A stretch of DNA of 64,000 nucleotides, from the IMG/VR virus record IMGVR_UViG_2700989080_000001, positions 14,065-78,064 of that record; one strand, 5' to 3'. A program made the position numbers and the translations under genes. Below, piece after piece: positions 48,964 through 57,368 of this stretch (within the stretch, counting starts at the first letter, position 1; each line of letters opens with the position of its first letter). This DNA is from a virus. Lineage: Duplodnaviria > Caudoviricetes. Below the pieces are notes generated by a model. It did no database searches. It was given only the letters and a program-made list of their open reading frames with translations, and was not told the origin of the DNA.

Positions 48964-49248
48964 ATGATGGCTATCAGACCGCGTCACCCGGACAAGCTAT
49001 ATTTCGAGTCGATGTCGGTAGAAGACATCATGCACTATCGCTGGGTTCTCAAGTCGACCCACAACGAGGACGAGCTCCCGCTTGTCACTACACCGTTCGC
49101 CTACACCTCCAAAGAATCCGCCATCCACAATGGTGTTGTTCTTTTCGGATGCCTGATCGACAAGGGCATCATCGACGTAGCAGACGACCATATTCGAGAA
49201 GAACTACTTGAGGTCTGTCGTCTCAATCCCGAACTAACGAAAGGTTGA
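48964..49248 (+). CDS. YegP/DUF1508-like protein 6
   Basis: KLYF...YRWVLKS...AIHN. Confidence 0.65.
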   Translation: MMAIRPRHPDKLYFESMSVEDIMHYRWVLKSTHNEDELPLVTTPFAYTSKESAIHNGVVLFGCLIDKGIIDVADDHIREELLEVCRLNPELTKG

Positions 49249-49252
49249 CCCT

Positions 49253-49813
49253 ATGTGGTGGTCTGTGATCCTGGCCGTGATTGGTGTGGCCGGTCTATAT
49301 TTGACAACGCAGAAGAACGTGCTCGGATTCGCAATCGGCTTCAGTGTACAGATCCTCTGGATCATCTACGCTGTGGTAACTGGTCAGTACGGATTCATCC
49401 TCAGCGCTGTGGCATACGCGGTAGTCAATGTCATCGGTCTGCGTAAGTGGACCAAGGATTCCGAAATCGAGAAGGCTAAGGACGACGGTCCGAACTTCCT
49501 ATATTTCACGGGAATCAACCCAGAGTACCCTCCGCACTACTGGGAGCTCAAGACCTCATACGGGCTCGTTGTTCAGCGTAGCATGAGCTATCGGGACGAG
49601 ATGAGTGCGATTCGGAATGCAGTTCAGTACTTCGGCGAAACTCTGTTCAACCCCAACGTGATCGTCATCGACACGAGCCCGGATATTCTCGCCAAGGTGA
49701 GGCGTGAGTTGGCGAACAAGCTGGCGTCAGAGCGAAAGGCGTGCCCCTTCGAGGAACTACCGGGTCGTCGAATCCACCAATACCGACCGGCCAACTGGGT
49801 CACGGGAGACTAA
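49253..49813 (+). CDS. Three-TM domain fused to YegP-like domain
   Basis: Hydrophobic N-terminus; LYF...YWELKTSYG. Confidence 0.65.
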   Translation: MWWSVILAVIGVAGLYLTTQKNVLGFAIGFSVQILWIIYAVVTGQYGFILSAVAYAVVNVIGLRKWTKDSEIEKAKDDGPNFLYFTGINPEYPPHYWELKTSYGLVVQRSMSYRDEMSAIRNAVQYFGETLFNPNVIVIDTSPDILAKVRRELANKLASERKACPFEELPGRRIHQYRPANWVTGD

Positions 49814-49819
49814 CAAACA

Positions 49820-50293
49820 ATGATCCTCATCGACATTCTGTTACTGACGTTATGGTTGTACGGCTTATATTTAGCCAGCCAGAAGCTGAAGTTCGGGTAT
49901 GTGTTGACCGTCCTCGTGCCGATTGCGTGGAGCGTCTACGAGATCTCGGAGGATAGGTACGAGCTCGTCGGGATAGTCGTAGCGTTCGGTAGCGCATATT
50001 TCACTGGTCTGGCTATCTGGGTTTGCAGGAAGCGGAAGAAGGAGCCGAAGCTTCCGAACGAGCTATATTTCATCGGAACCACAAAGACGCCTGTCTATTG
50101 GGAACTTCGATCTCCTGAGGGAAAGCAACTTACCTCCTCCAAAGAGTTCTATCAACCAAAGATCGCTGTGTTGGATGCAAATCTGATGATCATGGAAGGC
50201 TACATCGTTGGCGAGGACTCACTCCTCATCAAGGGTGATCCCGACCTGCTACAGATGTTTTACGAACAGCGTATGCGTCTACAAGGCTACTGA
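49820..50293 (+). CDS. Three-TM domain fused to YegP-like domain
   Basis: PNELYF...YWELRSPEG. Confidence 0.65.
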   Translation: MILIDILLLTLWLYGLYLASQKLKFGYVLTVLVPIAWSVYEISEDRYELVGIVVAFGSAYFTGLAIWVCRKRKKEPKLPNELYFIGTTKTPVYWELRSPEGKQLTSSKEFYQPKIAVLDANLMIMEGYIVGEDSLLIKGDPDLLQMFYEQRMRLQGY

Positions 50294-50305
50294 CAAGGAA
50301 CCCCT

Positions 50306-50542
50306 ATGACCCACTGGGACTATATTCTGCTCGGGGTCTTGACCCTCGGCGTTGTTCTGATGAAGTTCAAGAAGACAAAAGCGTTGGGGACAGCGATCGG
50401 TCTCATCATGCCCGTCTTCATCTTCTTCTACTTCATCATCGAAGGTCGATTCGAAGTCGTCTTCTATGTGCTCATATTCCTGGGCGTCTACACTCTCATC
50501 CCCTATGCGGTGGTAAAGAATCAGAAAGAAGAATCTAAGTGA
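50306..50542 (+). CDS. Three-TM membrane protein
   Basis: AAGGA RBS; hydrophobic. Confidence 0.65.
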   Translation: MTHWDYILLGVLTLGVVLMKFKKTKALGTAIGLIMPVFIFFYFIIEGRFEVVFYVLIFLGVYTLIPYAVVKNQKEESK

Positions 50543-51252
50543 TCAACAACAGCAACATCACTCTTATCAGCGGTTTCGAATTCGACCTCATTCAGGAAGT
50601 CGGCTCCGACCAGATCATCTGTCAGGCAGCTCGAGTCTCGACCAAGGGCGCTGACGCTTTCGGCACCGATGAGTCGGCCGGCCTGATGAACTTCTTGATG
50701 GCGGGACGACACGGCTCTCCCTTCGAGCACGGGCTGATGAGCTTCCGGATCACCGCACCCATATTTGTGTGGCGTGAGTTCATGCGCCATCGAATCGGAT
50801 TCTCGTACAACGAGCAGTCCGGTCGATACATGGAGCTGTTGCCGGTCTTCTATATTCCGCCGACCGATCGTCCTCTGGTTCAGATCGGCAAGGCTGGACA
50901 CTACACGCTCATCGGTGGCACGCAGGCTCAGCACGAGTTCTGTGTCGAGTCTTCGACGACGGCATATTTGGCTGCTTGGAAGAGCTACAAGGAGCAGCTT
51001 GGTCGCGGCATCGCCAAGGAGGTGGCACGTGAGGTGCTGCCTGTGGCGACATATTCTTCGGCCTATGTGACTTGCAATCCCCGTTCGATGATGAGCTTCC
51101 TCTCTCTTCGCACCAAGGACGAGGACTCGATGTTCCCGTCATATCCTCAGTGGGAGATCGAGCAGGTTGCTCTCAAGATGGAAGCAGTATTCAAGGAACT
51201 TTACCCACTGGCCTACGAGGCGTTCAACGCCAACGGCCGAGTCTCTCCCTAA
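50539..51252 (+). CDS. thyX: Flavin-dependent thymidylate synthase
   Basis: HGSPFEH, RHRIGFSYNEQSGRY, EVAR.VLP, QWEI. Confidence 0.93.
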   Translation: MINNSNITLISGFEFDLIQEVGSDQIICQAARVSTKGADAFGTDESAGLMNFLMAGRHGSPFEHGLMSFRITAPIFVWREFMRHRIGFSYNEQSGRYMELLPVFYIPPTDRPLVQIGKAGHYTLIGGTQAQHEFCVESSTTAYLAAWKSYKEQLGRGIAKEVAREVLPVATYSSAYVTCNPRSMMSFLSLRTKDEDSMFPSYPQWEIEQVALKMEAVFKELYPLAYEAFNANGRVSP

Positions 51253-51263
51253 GGAGATGCACC

Positions 51264-51479
51264 ATGAAGCTGAAGGTGAACACGCTTGTCGCGACGGCCC
51301 CTACGCCGAAGATATTCTTCTGTCCTCGGTGTGACCGACCGTTTCCTCAAGGCACGAAGTCTCTGCAGACGCTCTCGAGTGATCTGCTGAAGCACGTACA
51401 CGAAGCACATCCGGATTACGACTCCGAGTGGTACGACACATATCCTGAAGAGGCACATCCTCTCCCAGAAGCAGTGTGA
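51264..51479 (+). CDS. C2H2-type Zn finger protein
   Basis: CPRC...LLKHVHEAH; AAGGAG RBS. Confidence 0.6.
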   Translation: MKLKVNTLVATAPTPKIFFCPRCDRPFPQGTKSLQTLSSDLLKHVHEAHPDYDSEWYDTYPEEAHPLPEAV

Positions 51480-51528
51480 TTGCTCAAAACCTCTGCCCTA
51501 CCGTATCAAACTGAAAGCGAACAATCTC

Positions 51529-52053
51529 ATGGCTTACACGACGCATGGTCATCATATTCCGAAGTCGACCACTAACGGACCTTTCGTGGGTTCCGTTCAC
51601 CGTTGCGGTGGTCCTACCATGTGCGACAAGTGCGCGCGAGAGGTGGTGCACTTCATCAGCAACGGCGGGAAGATCTCTGACGATTTCCCCACGCCTCGAA
51701 ACGACATCGAGGGCCTGAAGGTGGAGCGGTACCAGCGTAAGACGTTCGACGTCGACGCCGTACAGGTTACCGAACACAACCTCGACCTGGTTGCCGCCTG
51801 GTGTGGCGGTTCCATCGTCACGGAGCAGGTTGCCAACGAAGAGAACGCTCTTCTGCCGGCTCCGCCCAAGCGTTACGTTCTGGTTCCGGTTGCCAAGCCT
51901 CTCAGCAAGCGTCAGACCGAGGCCTACATCGGAGACTGGGTTCTCTGGGCCGATCGTGGATTCAAGGTCTACGGTCAGAAGCCCTTCCTCAGGAGCTTCA
52001 TCAAGCCCAAGGATATTCCGGTCGAGCTGCTCACCACGACGGAGACTGTCTGA
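51529..52053 (+). CDS. Hypothetical protein
   Basis: HGH..CGG..C..C N-terminus; DAVQ...W..G...GDW domain. Confidence 0.7.
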   Translation: MAYTTHGHHIPKSTTNGPFVGSVHRCGGPTMCDKCAREVVHFISNGGKISDDFPTPRNDIEGLKVERYQRKTFDVDAVQVTEHNLDLVAAWCGGSIVTEQVANEENALLPAPPKRYVLVPVAKPLSKRQTEAYIGDWVLWADRGFKVYGQKPFLRSFIKPKDIPVELLTTTETV

Positions 52054-52292
52054 TGCCTAAGCATGCGAAGAAGCCGGCTTCTGTCATCGACACGATCAAG
52101 CAGGCAAACGCCAACGAAGACAAGCCGTTCATCATCAGCCTCGGTGTCGGTAGTCCGCCAAGAGCCAAGTGCACTTGTGGGTGGGACGTTCCTCCGAATG
52201 AGGATCTGTATGTGCTCGGAGTGGCAGCATTCCAGCACAGGGACGATACCGGTCATCAGCTTCGTCAGCCGGAAGAGCCCGAGTTCTTCTGA
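52053..52292 (+). CDS. Small Zn-binding protein
   Basis: CTCGW...HRDDTGH. Confidence 0.55.
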   Translation: MPKHAKKPASVIDTIKQANANEDKPFIISLGVGSPPRAKCTCGWDVPPNEDLYVLGVAAFQHRDDTGHQLRQPEEPEFF

Positions 52293-52387
52293 CCATATTC
52301 CTAGGAGGGGTGGGTACTCATCTCGAGTGCTCGCCCCTCTTAGGCGCATCTAAAAATTCAGACTTAATACCCTATTTGGAGGAAGCC

Positions 52388-52531
52388 GTGTTCGAGGGGA
52401 TCAAACAAGACAAGAAGATGCACGGTCCCGATTGTCGGTGCCTGTTCTGTTTCAAGTTCGACAAGGACTCGGCAGCTCTCCATATTCGGTTCAAGAAGGA
52501 ACGATCCGCAGACACAACTATCAAACACTGA
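52388..52531 (+). CDS. Small Cys-rich protein
   Basis: GGAGG RBS; H..DC.C..C. Confidence 0.5.
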   Translation: MFEGIKQDKKMHGPDCRCLFCFKFDKDSAALHIRFKKERSADTTIKH

Positions 52532-52560
52532 ACCCAACCAACACCGAAGCAGGGGGATCC

Positions 52561-52692
52561 ATGATCGACGATGAGGAGCAGTATCAGAGTCAAAGTATCC
52601 ACCAGTTCATGCTCGAAGTAGTGACCACCTATATTCTCACCTTCCTCACAGGCGGGCTCTGGCTCGTGTGGATGCTGGTGAGAAAGAAGTAA
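52561..52692 (+). CDS. Membrane micropeptide (TGGLW family)
   Basis: GGGGGA RBS; paralogous to the next two. Confidence 0.6.
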   Translation: MIDDEEQYQSQSIHQFMLEVVTTYILTFLTGGLWLVWMLVRKK

Positions 52693-52742
52693 CGACGCTC
52701 CACCAACACTGCCACATCACACCATATTCTAAGGAGATCGCC

Positions 52743-52874
52743 ATGTCTGCTCGCACTACCACCAAGCGTAAGTACGGCCTCATCAACTTCGCCTTCGACG
52801 TCATCTTGACTCTCATCACATCGGGGTTCTGGCTCATCTGGGTCTTCGTCCGGGAGATGCGCAACCGTCGCTGA
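52743..52874 (+). CDS. Membrane micropeptide (TSGFW)
   Basis: AAGGAG RBS. Confidence 0.65.
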   Translation: MSARTTTKRKYGLINFAFDVILTLITSGFWLIWVFVREMRNRR

Positions 52875-52919
52875 TGTCCAACTTGTCTTGACACACACCT
52901 ATATTTGAGGAGACCTATC

Positions 52920-53024
52920 ATGGGTAAGTACGGTTTGCTAAGACTCTTCTGGGACCTTGTCCTGATCCGAATCACCGGAGGACTCTGGGGGACTTGGGTT
53001 GCTGTAAGGTCGGTTCGATTCTGA
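52920..53024 (+). CDS. Membrane micropeptide (TGGLW)
   Basis: GAGGAG RBS; MGKYGLLRLFWDLVLIRITGGLWGTW. Confidence 0.6.
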   Translation: MGKYGLLRLFWDLVLIRITGGLWGTWVAVRSVRF

Positions 53025-53311
53025 TGTCAAATGATTCTACCAAAAACCCGCCGGAGCCATATCCTCGTCGGTCACATGCGGCGCACATGCCGTACAAGGT
53101 TCTTGTCATTGACGACGATGAGAACCGACCGATTATCGAAGATGCTTTGGTGAATAGCGCTGGTCTGGCCGCGCTTCTCGTTTGGCTTTTGGATCTCAAC
53201 ATCAACGCCATCACGCTATTCCTGAACAATCTGGAACTCAAAGGTTGTAGCGAACACATCAGCCAACCTGGCGATGAGCGCCGGTTCACCATATCTGCAG
53301 TGAGGAGGTAG
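53024..53311 (+). CDS. Hypothetical protein
   Basis: TGATG coupling. Confidence 0.5.
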   Translation: MSNDSTKNPPEPYPRRSHAAHMPYKVLVIDDDENRPIIEDALVNSAGLAALLVWLLDLNINAITLFLNNLELKGCSEHISQPGDERRFTISAVRR

Positions 53312-53313
53312 AG

Positions 53314-53874
53314 ATGGCAACCAAGATCGAATGGTCCACAATCACACGAGAGTGGGAGCGATACTGGAGAGCGAATGCGAACGGTAACGTTCAGGAAGCC
53401 TTCAACAAGTTCTGGACCGAACGTGGCGGTAGAGATCGATATTTCTACCAGAGTCAATCCGGAATCGAGATGCCGCGGTCTCACTACCCGCCAGGCGACG
53501 ATGGCGTAGAGATGCTCCACAACGTCGACATTTCGATCAAGGGTCAACCGTCGTTGGAACCGATCAAACCGGCACCCACCCAACAAGTTCGTCAATTCCC
53601 TCTACCCCTAGCGGACGGAGAGATATTCTTCCAGTTCGGATCGAACGTGAAGATTCTCCATTGCGCAGAGGATCGCTACAACGAACCAAGTCTCGACATG
53701 TGGGTGCAGGATGACGACACCTCACCCAGACAGAGGAACTTCTTCCGAATCATCGAAACTGGTCAGGACGTACCCGAGGGCTACACGTATATTTCCACTG
53801 TCGTGATGAGCAACAGATTGTTCGTCTGGCACGTCTACCGAATGGTAGAGCAGAACGCAAGCAGCCATATTTAA
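53314..53874 (+). CDS. Hypothetical protein
   Basis: GAGGAGG RBS; C-terminal TG..VP....YI.T.....VWHVY. Confidence 0.7.
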   Translation: MATKIEWSTITREWERYWRANANGNVQEAFNKFWTERGGRDRYFYQSQSGIEMPRSHYPPGDDGVEMLHNVDISIKGQPSLEPIKPAPTQQVRQFPLPLADGEIFFQFGSNVKILHCAEDRYNEPSLDMWVQDDDTSPRQRNFFRIIETGQDVPEGYTYISTVVMSNRLFVWHVYRMVEQNASSHI

Positions 53875-53913
53875 GGCGACCGTCTCAAACACACACCTAT
53901 CAAGGAGATCTAG

Positions 53914-56142
53914 ATGGACAGCATGAACTTCGTAAGCGCCGAGCTGGGACGAACCCTGGACCACGTACGAGCAACGCTTCTTCACGAGCTGCACGGAGCT
54001 GCAGGAACCGACAAGCCGTGGGCAGACGAGCCGGCAACGGTTATTCTGGAGAAGTACATCAGCTTCCGTAACGCCGAAAAGGAAGTTCTCGACGACAAGA
54101 TCGAGAAGTTGACCGACGAGAAGGTCGGCACTCTCAAGTCGAGTAATCTGCTTCGAGACGATGTTAACGAAGCGTTGCTCGAGATGCTCGATATTCTCGG
54201 AGTGGACCTCAACGACGTCGAGAACTCTGTTCGCGGAAAGCTTTCTGCGGTTCTCGAGAAGCTTCGGCAGGAGAAGTCCACGGAGACCAAGGTGGATGCT
54301 ACGTTGGATCACCTCCTCGATATTCTGGGGATAAGTTCAGGCGTAGTTTCAGTCGATGCTGCCGTTTCGACAAAGAGTCGAGCGATCGTCAAGGCAATCG
54401 ACAAGATGAAGGAGAACGCTTCTCATCCCGGAGTTCCATTCGTCGATGTCCACCAGTACCTGAACAGCTTCCTCGATATTCTGAAGCTCGATGGCGCAAT
54501 CTCCAGCGACCTTCCCGGAAAGGCCGATGCGGTTCGAGCAGGAATCGCTGAGCTGAAGACAGAACTCTCGGAAGCGTCCAACAAAGACTTCAGGACGTTC
54601 TCCCACATCACGCATTCACAGCTGAACGACATCCTCGATGTTCTGGAAATCAAGGTCACGCCCAGTTCAGTCGAGGGCAAGGCCGAGGCAATCCGAGAAG
54701 CCATCGAAGCTCTCCAGAGCGACAAAGTTGTAGACGACAATGTGGATGCCGTAGATCGTGAGGTCGACGAAGAGCTCGCACACTACGCAAGCAACCTCTA
54801 TATTCATGCATTCGGTTCGGCAGGTGAAGACACGGACCTCACGCCAATCGAGAAGTTGTCGTCCATCTACAAGGCACTCGCTGAGCGTGTTCTCACCTTC
54901 TCCGAGCCGGCCACGCTGAACAGTGTCCGAAATGATCTGAACGTGATCATCAACTACGAGGGAGAGGTTATTCTTCTCAATGAGGATCTGGCTGTACTGG
55001 CGAATCGCGCGAAAGATCTGGTCATCCGGGAAAGCAATGAGGAGAAGTCGGAAGGCGAAGTGACTCCTGTGCCGAGCAACACGGACGATATTCGCGAGGT
55101 CATGGATCTGACCAACGGTATGTTGAACAACTTCCTCGCACTCGCCGGCGTCGAATTCGATTCTACCCTGGCGATCGAAGACAAGGGTGTGATGCTGATG
55201 AACGCCATCAAGGCCATGCGAGCGAACGAGGCTGCGATGCGGGAAGAGCTGTTCGAGCTCAATCGGATTACGGCCTTGGACGACCTGCACGAGTACTTCG
55301 ACGACCTCATCCAGGCGCTTCAGATCGAGGGCGATATTTACCCGTCGATCGAAAAGAAGAAGGAAGCGATCACCAAGCGCATCTTCGATCAGCTCAGTGC
55401 GTTGAACGCTCATAAGAGCTACGTGGACGATCTTATCGTCTTGATCTACGGTCAGGAGAACGATATTTCGGAGCAGTTCACGACCGGGGAGAAGCTGCAC
55501 GTCCTGAAGAGTGCGTTCCGGGACGGTTCGAAGAAGGCGATCAGCGCTGACGACATCCGCAAGGTCAGCAACTCTCTGGTAGCCATCCTCAAGCGTGCGG
55601 GTGGCGATATTTCGGACAGTCGCGGGAATCTGGTCGAGGTCGCCGAGTACACCGAGCGGTTCGTCCACAACGCGCTAGACGTGCGAGACTCAGGCGTCTT
55701 GGAAGACTCGGGAGATCGTAAGAACGTTTTCCCGATCGAGGTAATGCGGACGATCCACAACAACCTTGAGGAGATCATTCGAATCCACGGTGAGGACACG
55801 CATCCGGACGAGACGACTGCGCATATTGCTGAGCGTGCTCTAACTCTCGTTAAGGACTTCGCCGACTCGGACATGGTCGATATTCGTCGCTACGTGACGA
55901 GAATCATCGAGAAGTGTGGCGGTGAGGTGGATCCTGAGGAGTCGACCCCCAACCTCGTGCAGAGTGCCGATATTCTCGTTCACAGGTCAAAGCGCATCAG
56001 CAACAACGACTGGGATTCTATTCGCAACAGCGTGTCGGGAATCATTCGAACTGTCGGCAAGAAAGCCAATCCCGACGAGCCTCTGGTCGACTTGGCTGAT
56101 CGTGCTCAGCGATACGTGTTCGAGAAGCTGATCAACGAGTAA
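53914..56142 (+). CDS. Acidic helical-repeat protein (742 aa)
   Basis: AAGGAG RBS; repeated L..LLDILG...K...I units. Confidence 0.8.
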   Translation: MDSMNFVSAELGRTLDHVRATLLHELHGAAGTDKPWADEPATVILEKYISFRNAEKEVLDDKIEKLTDEKVGTLKSSNLLRDDVNEALLEMLDILGVDLNDVENSVRGKLSAVLEKLRQEKSTETKVDATLDHLLDILGISSGVVSVDAAVSTKSRAIVKAIDKMKENASHPGVPFVDVHQYLNSFLDILKLDGAISSDLPGKADAVRAGIAELKTELSEASNKDFRTFSHITHSQLNDILDVLEIKVTPSSVEGKAEAIREAIEALQSDKVVDDNVDAVDREVDEELAHYASNLYIHAFGSAGEDTDLTPIEKLSSIYKALAERVLTFSEPATLNSVRNDLNVIINYEGEVILLNEDLAVLANRAKDLVIRESNEEKSEGEVTPVPSNTDDIREVMDLTNGMLNNFLALAGVEFDSTLAIEDKGVMLMNAIKAMRANEAAMREELFELNRITALDDLHEYFDDLIQALQIEGDIYPSIEKKKEAITKRIFDQLSALNAHKSYVDDLIVLIYGQENDISEQFTTGEKLHVLKSAFRDGSKKAISADDIRKVSNSLVAILKRAGGDISDSRGNLVEVAEYTERFVHNALDVRDSGVLEDSGDRKNVFPIEVMRTIHNNLEEIIRIHGEDTHPDETTAHIAERALTLVKDFADSDMVDIRRYVTRIIEKCGGEVDPEESTPNLVQSADILVHRSKRISNNDWDSIRNSVSGIIRTVGKKANPDEPLVDLADRAQRYVFEKLINE

Positions 56143-56183
56143 GACCAACCATATCTGCTAGACCAACCTATACGGAGGAATCT

Positions 56184-56957
56184 ATGAGCACGGACATCAT
56201 CAACGCCGAGCTGGGACGAGTTCTGAACGAGATTCGGACCACGCTGTTGGGTGAATTCACGAAGATGGCAGCACCCGAGGGAACGTTCGACGAGAGGTCG
56301 ACTCATTCGATGCTGGTGGAGTACATCGATATTTGTCGGAAGTATCGTGACGAGGCGAAACCGAAGCAGTACTTCACGAACGATGAGGTCAAGGTCAGAG
56401 TCTCCGACATGCACGAGTTCATGGACTCATATTTGAGGAGTCTTGGTGTTGACTACCCTACCACGGGAATCTTCATGAAGGCCGAAAGGGTTAAGGAGGT
56501 TCTCGAAGAGCACGTCAGTCAGGCAGAAAATCGTGCTCGTGAGGAAGCCATCTGTCTGGACTCTACGCTCAGGACGCTCGGTGTCGACGATATTCCGGAG
56601 AGTGTTCCGGACAAGTGGCAAAAGGTCAGCCACGTCACCAGACAGATCATGGCCGATGTCAACGGAGATCTTCCGAAGACGAAGCCATATCTGAACGACC
56701 TCGAACACTTCTTGGGAATCCACAAGATCTCGGTCACCACCGAAGGTCGCAAGGACGACATCGTTCAAGCAACAAGAGAACTCGTGATGGCCACCATGTC
56801 TCCCACCAACTCTCAGCGAGTCGTCGAGCTAAAGGATATTTTGAATCGAGTCCTTGTGGTCGTTGGTGGAGTTCCCGATCCCAACGAGACGGTAAGAGAT
56901 CTCGGAAAGCGGACGCTCGACATGGTCAAGAAGACGTTGGGGGTCGACGCTACGTAA
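56184..56957 (+). CDS. Shorter paralog of 53914..56142
   Basis: AELGR.L...R.TLL.E N-terminus shared. Confidence 0.75.
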   Translation: MSTDIINAELGRVLNEIRTTLLGEFTKMAAPEGTFDERSTHSMLVEYIDICRKYRDEAKPKQYFTNDEVKVRVSDMHEFMDSYLRSLGVDYPTTGIFMKAERVKEVLEEHVSQAENRAREEAICLDSTLRTLGVDDIPESVPDKWQKVSHVTRQIMADVNGDLPKTKPYLNDLEHFLGIHKISVTTEGRKDDIVQATRELVMATMSPTNSQRVVELKDILNRVLVVVGGVPDPNETVRDLGKRTLDMVKKTLGVDAT

Positions 56958-57074
56958 AACAGCCATATTTACGGGTCCGTAGAGGGTTCTAGATTGCCTT
57001 CTACGGGCCTGTAATGTGGAGAGTGCACAATCCTGTGAAGTAGGGGTCTCAGCCCTTCACAGAGGCACTCAGCG

Positions 57075-57099
57075 TCGCACGGAAAACACGCCATATGAT
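57075..57099 (+). promoter_or_regulatory. Phage promoter copy 13 (TATGAT variant)
   Basis: TCGCA-N14-TATGAT with ACAC core. Confidence 0.7.
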
Positions 57100-57166
57100 G
57101 AGAACCCACTAGCGAAACCAGACTCAGGCCCTCAACTGAGATCCAGGTCGTTGGTGGGTTTTCATC
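57097..57166 (+). ncRNA. Putative hairpin sRNA
   Basis: 19-bp stem GATGAGAACCCACTAGCGA/TCGTTGGTGGGTTTTCATC with apical CTCAG/CTGAG hairpin. Confidence 0.5.
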
Positions 57167-57195
57167 TTACTGGCCCTATATTTTTACGAGAGGGT

Positions 57196-57354
57196 ATGGA
57201 ACTGCAAATGTTGTGCAGAGACATCAAGAAGCTGAGGCGCAAACGCAACCGCACGCTCATCGAGATATTCCTGCTCTACTACTTCGGCACCATCGCCGGA
57301 TTCCTGGTAGTGGCATTCGTTCTCCGCATGAGTGGAATGTACGCAGGCCAATAG
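57196..57354 (+). CDS. Small membrane protein
   Basis: GAGAGGG RBS; basic stretch then hydrophobic helix. Confidence 0.5.
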   Translation: MELQMLCRDIKKLRRKRNRTLIEIFLLYYFGTIAGFLVVAFVLRMSGMYAGQ

Positions 57355-57368
57355 GGGGTTGATACAAG

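Noticed and set aside
57016-57195. N-terminal extension of the 57016..57354 ORF
   Set aside because: Runs through hairpins and a promoter; an RBS-associated ATG is at 57196
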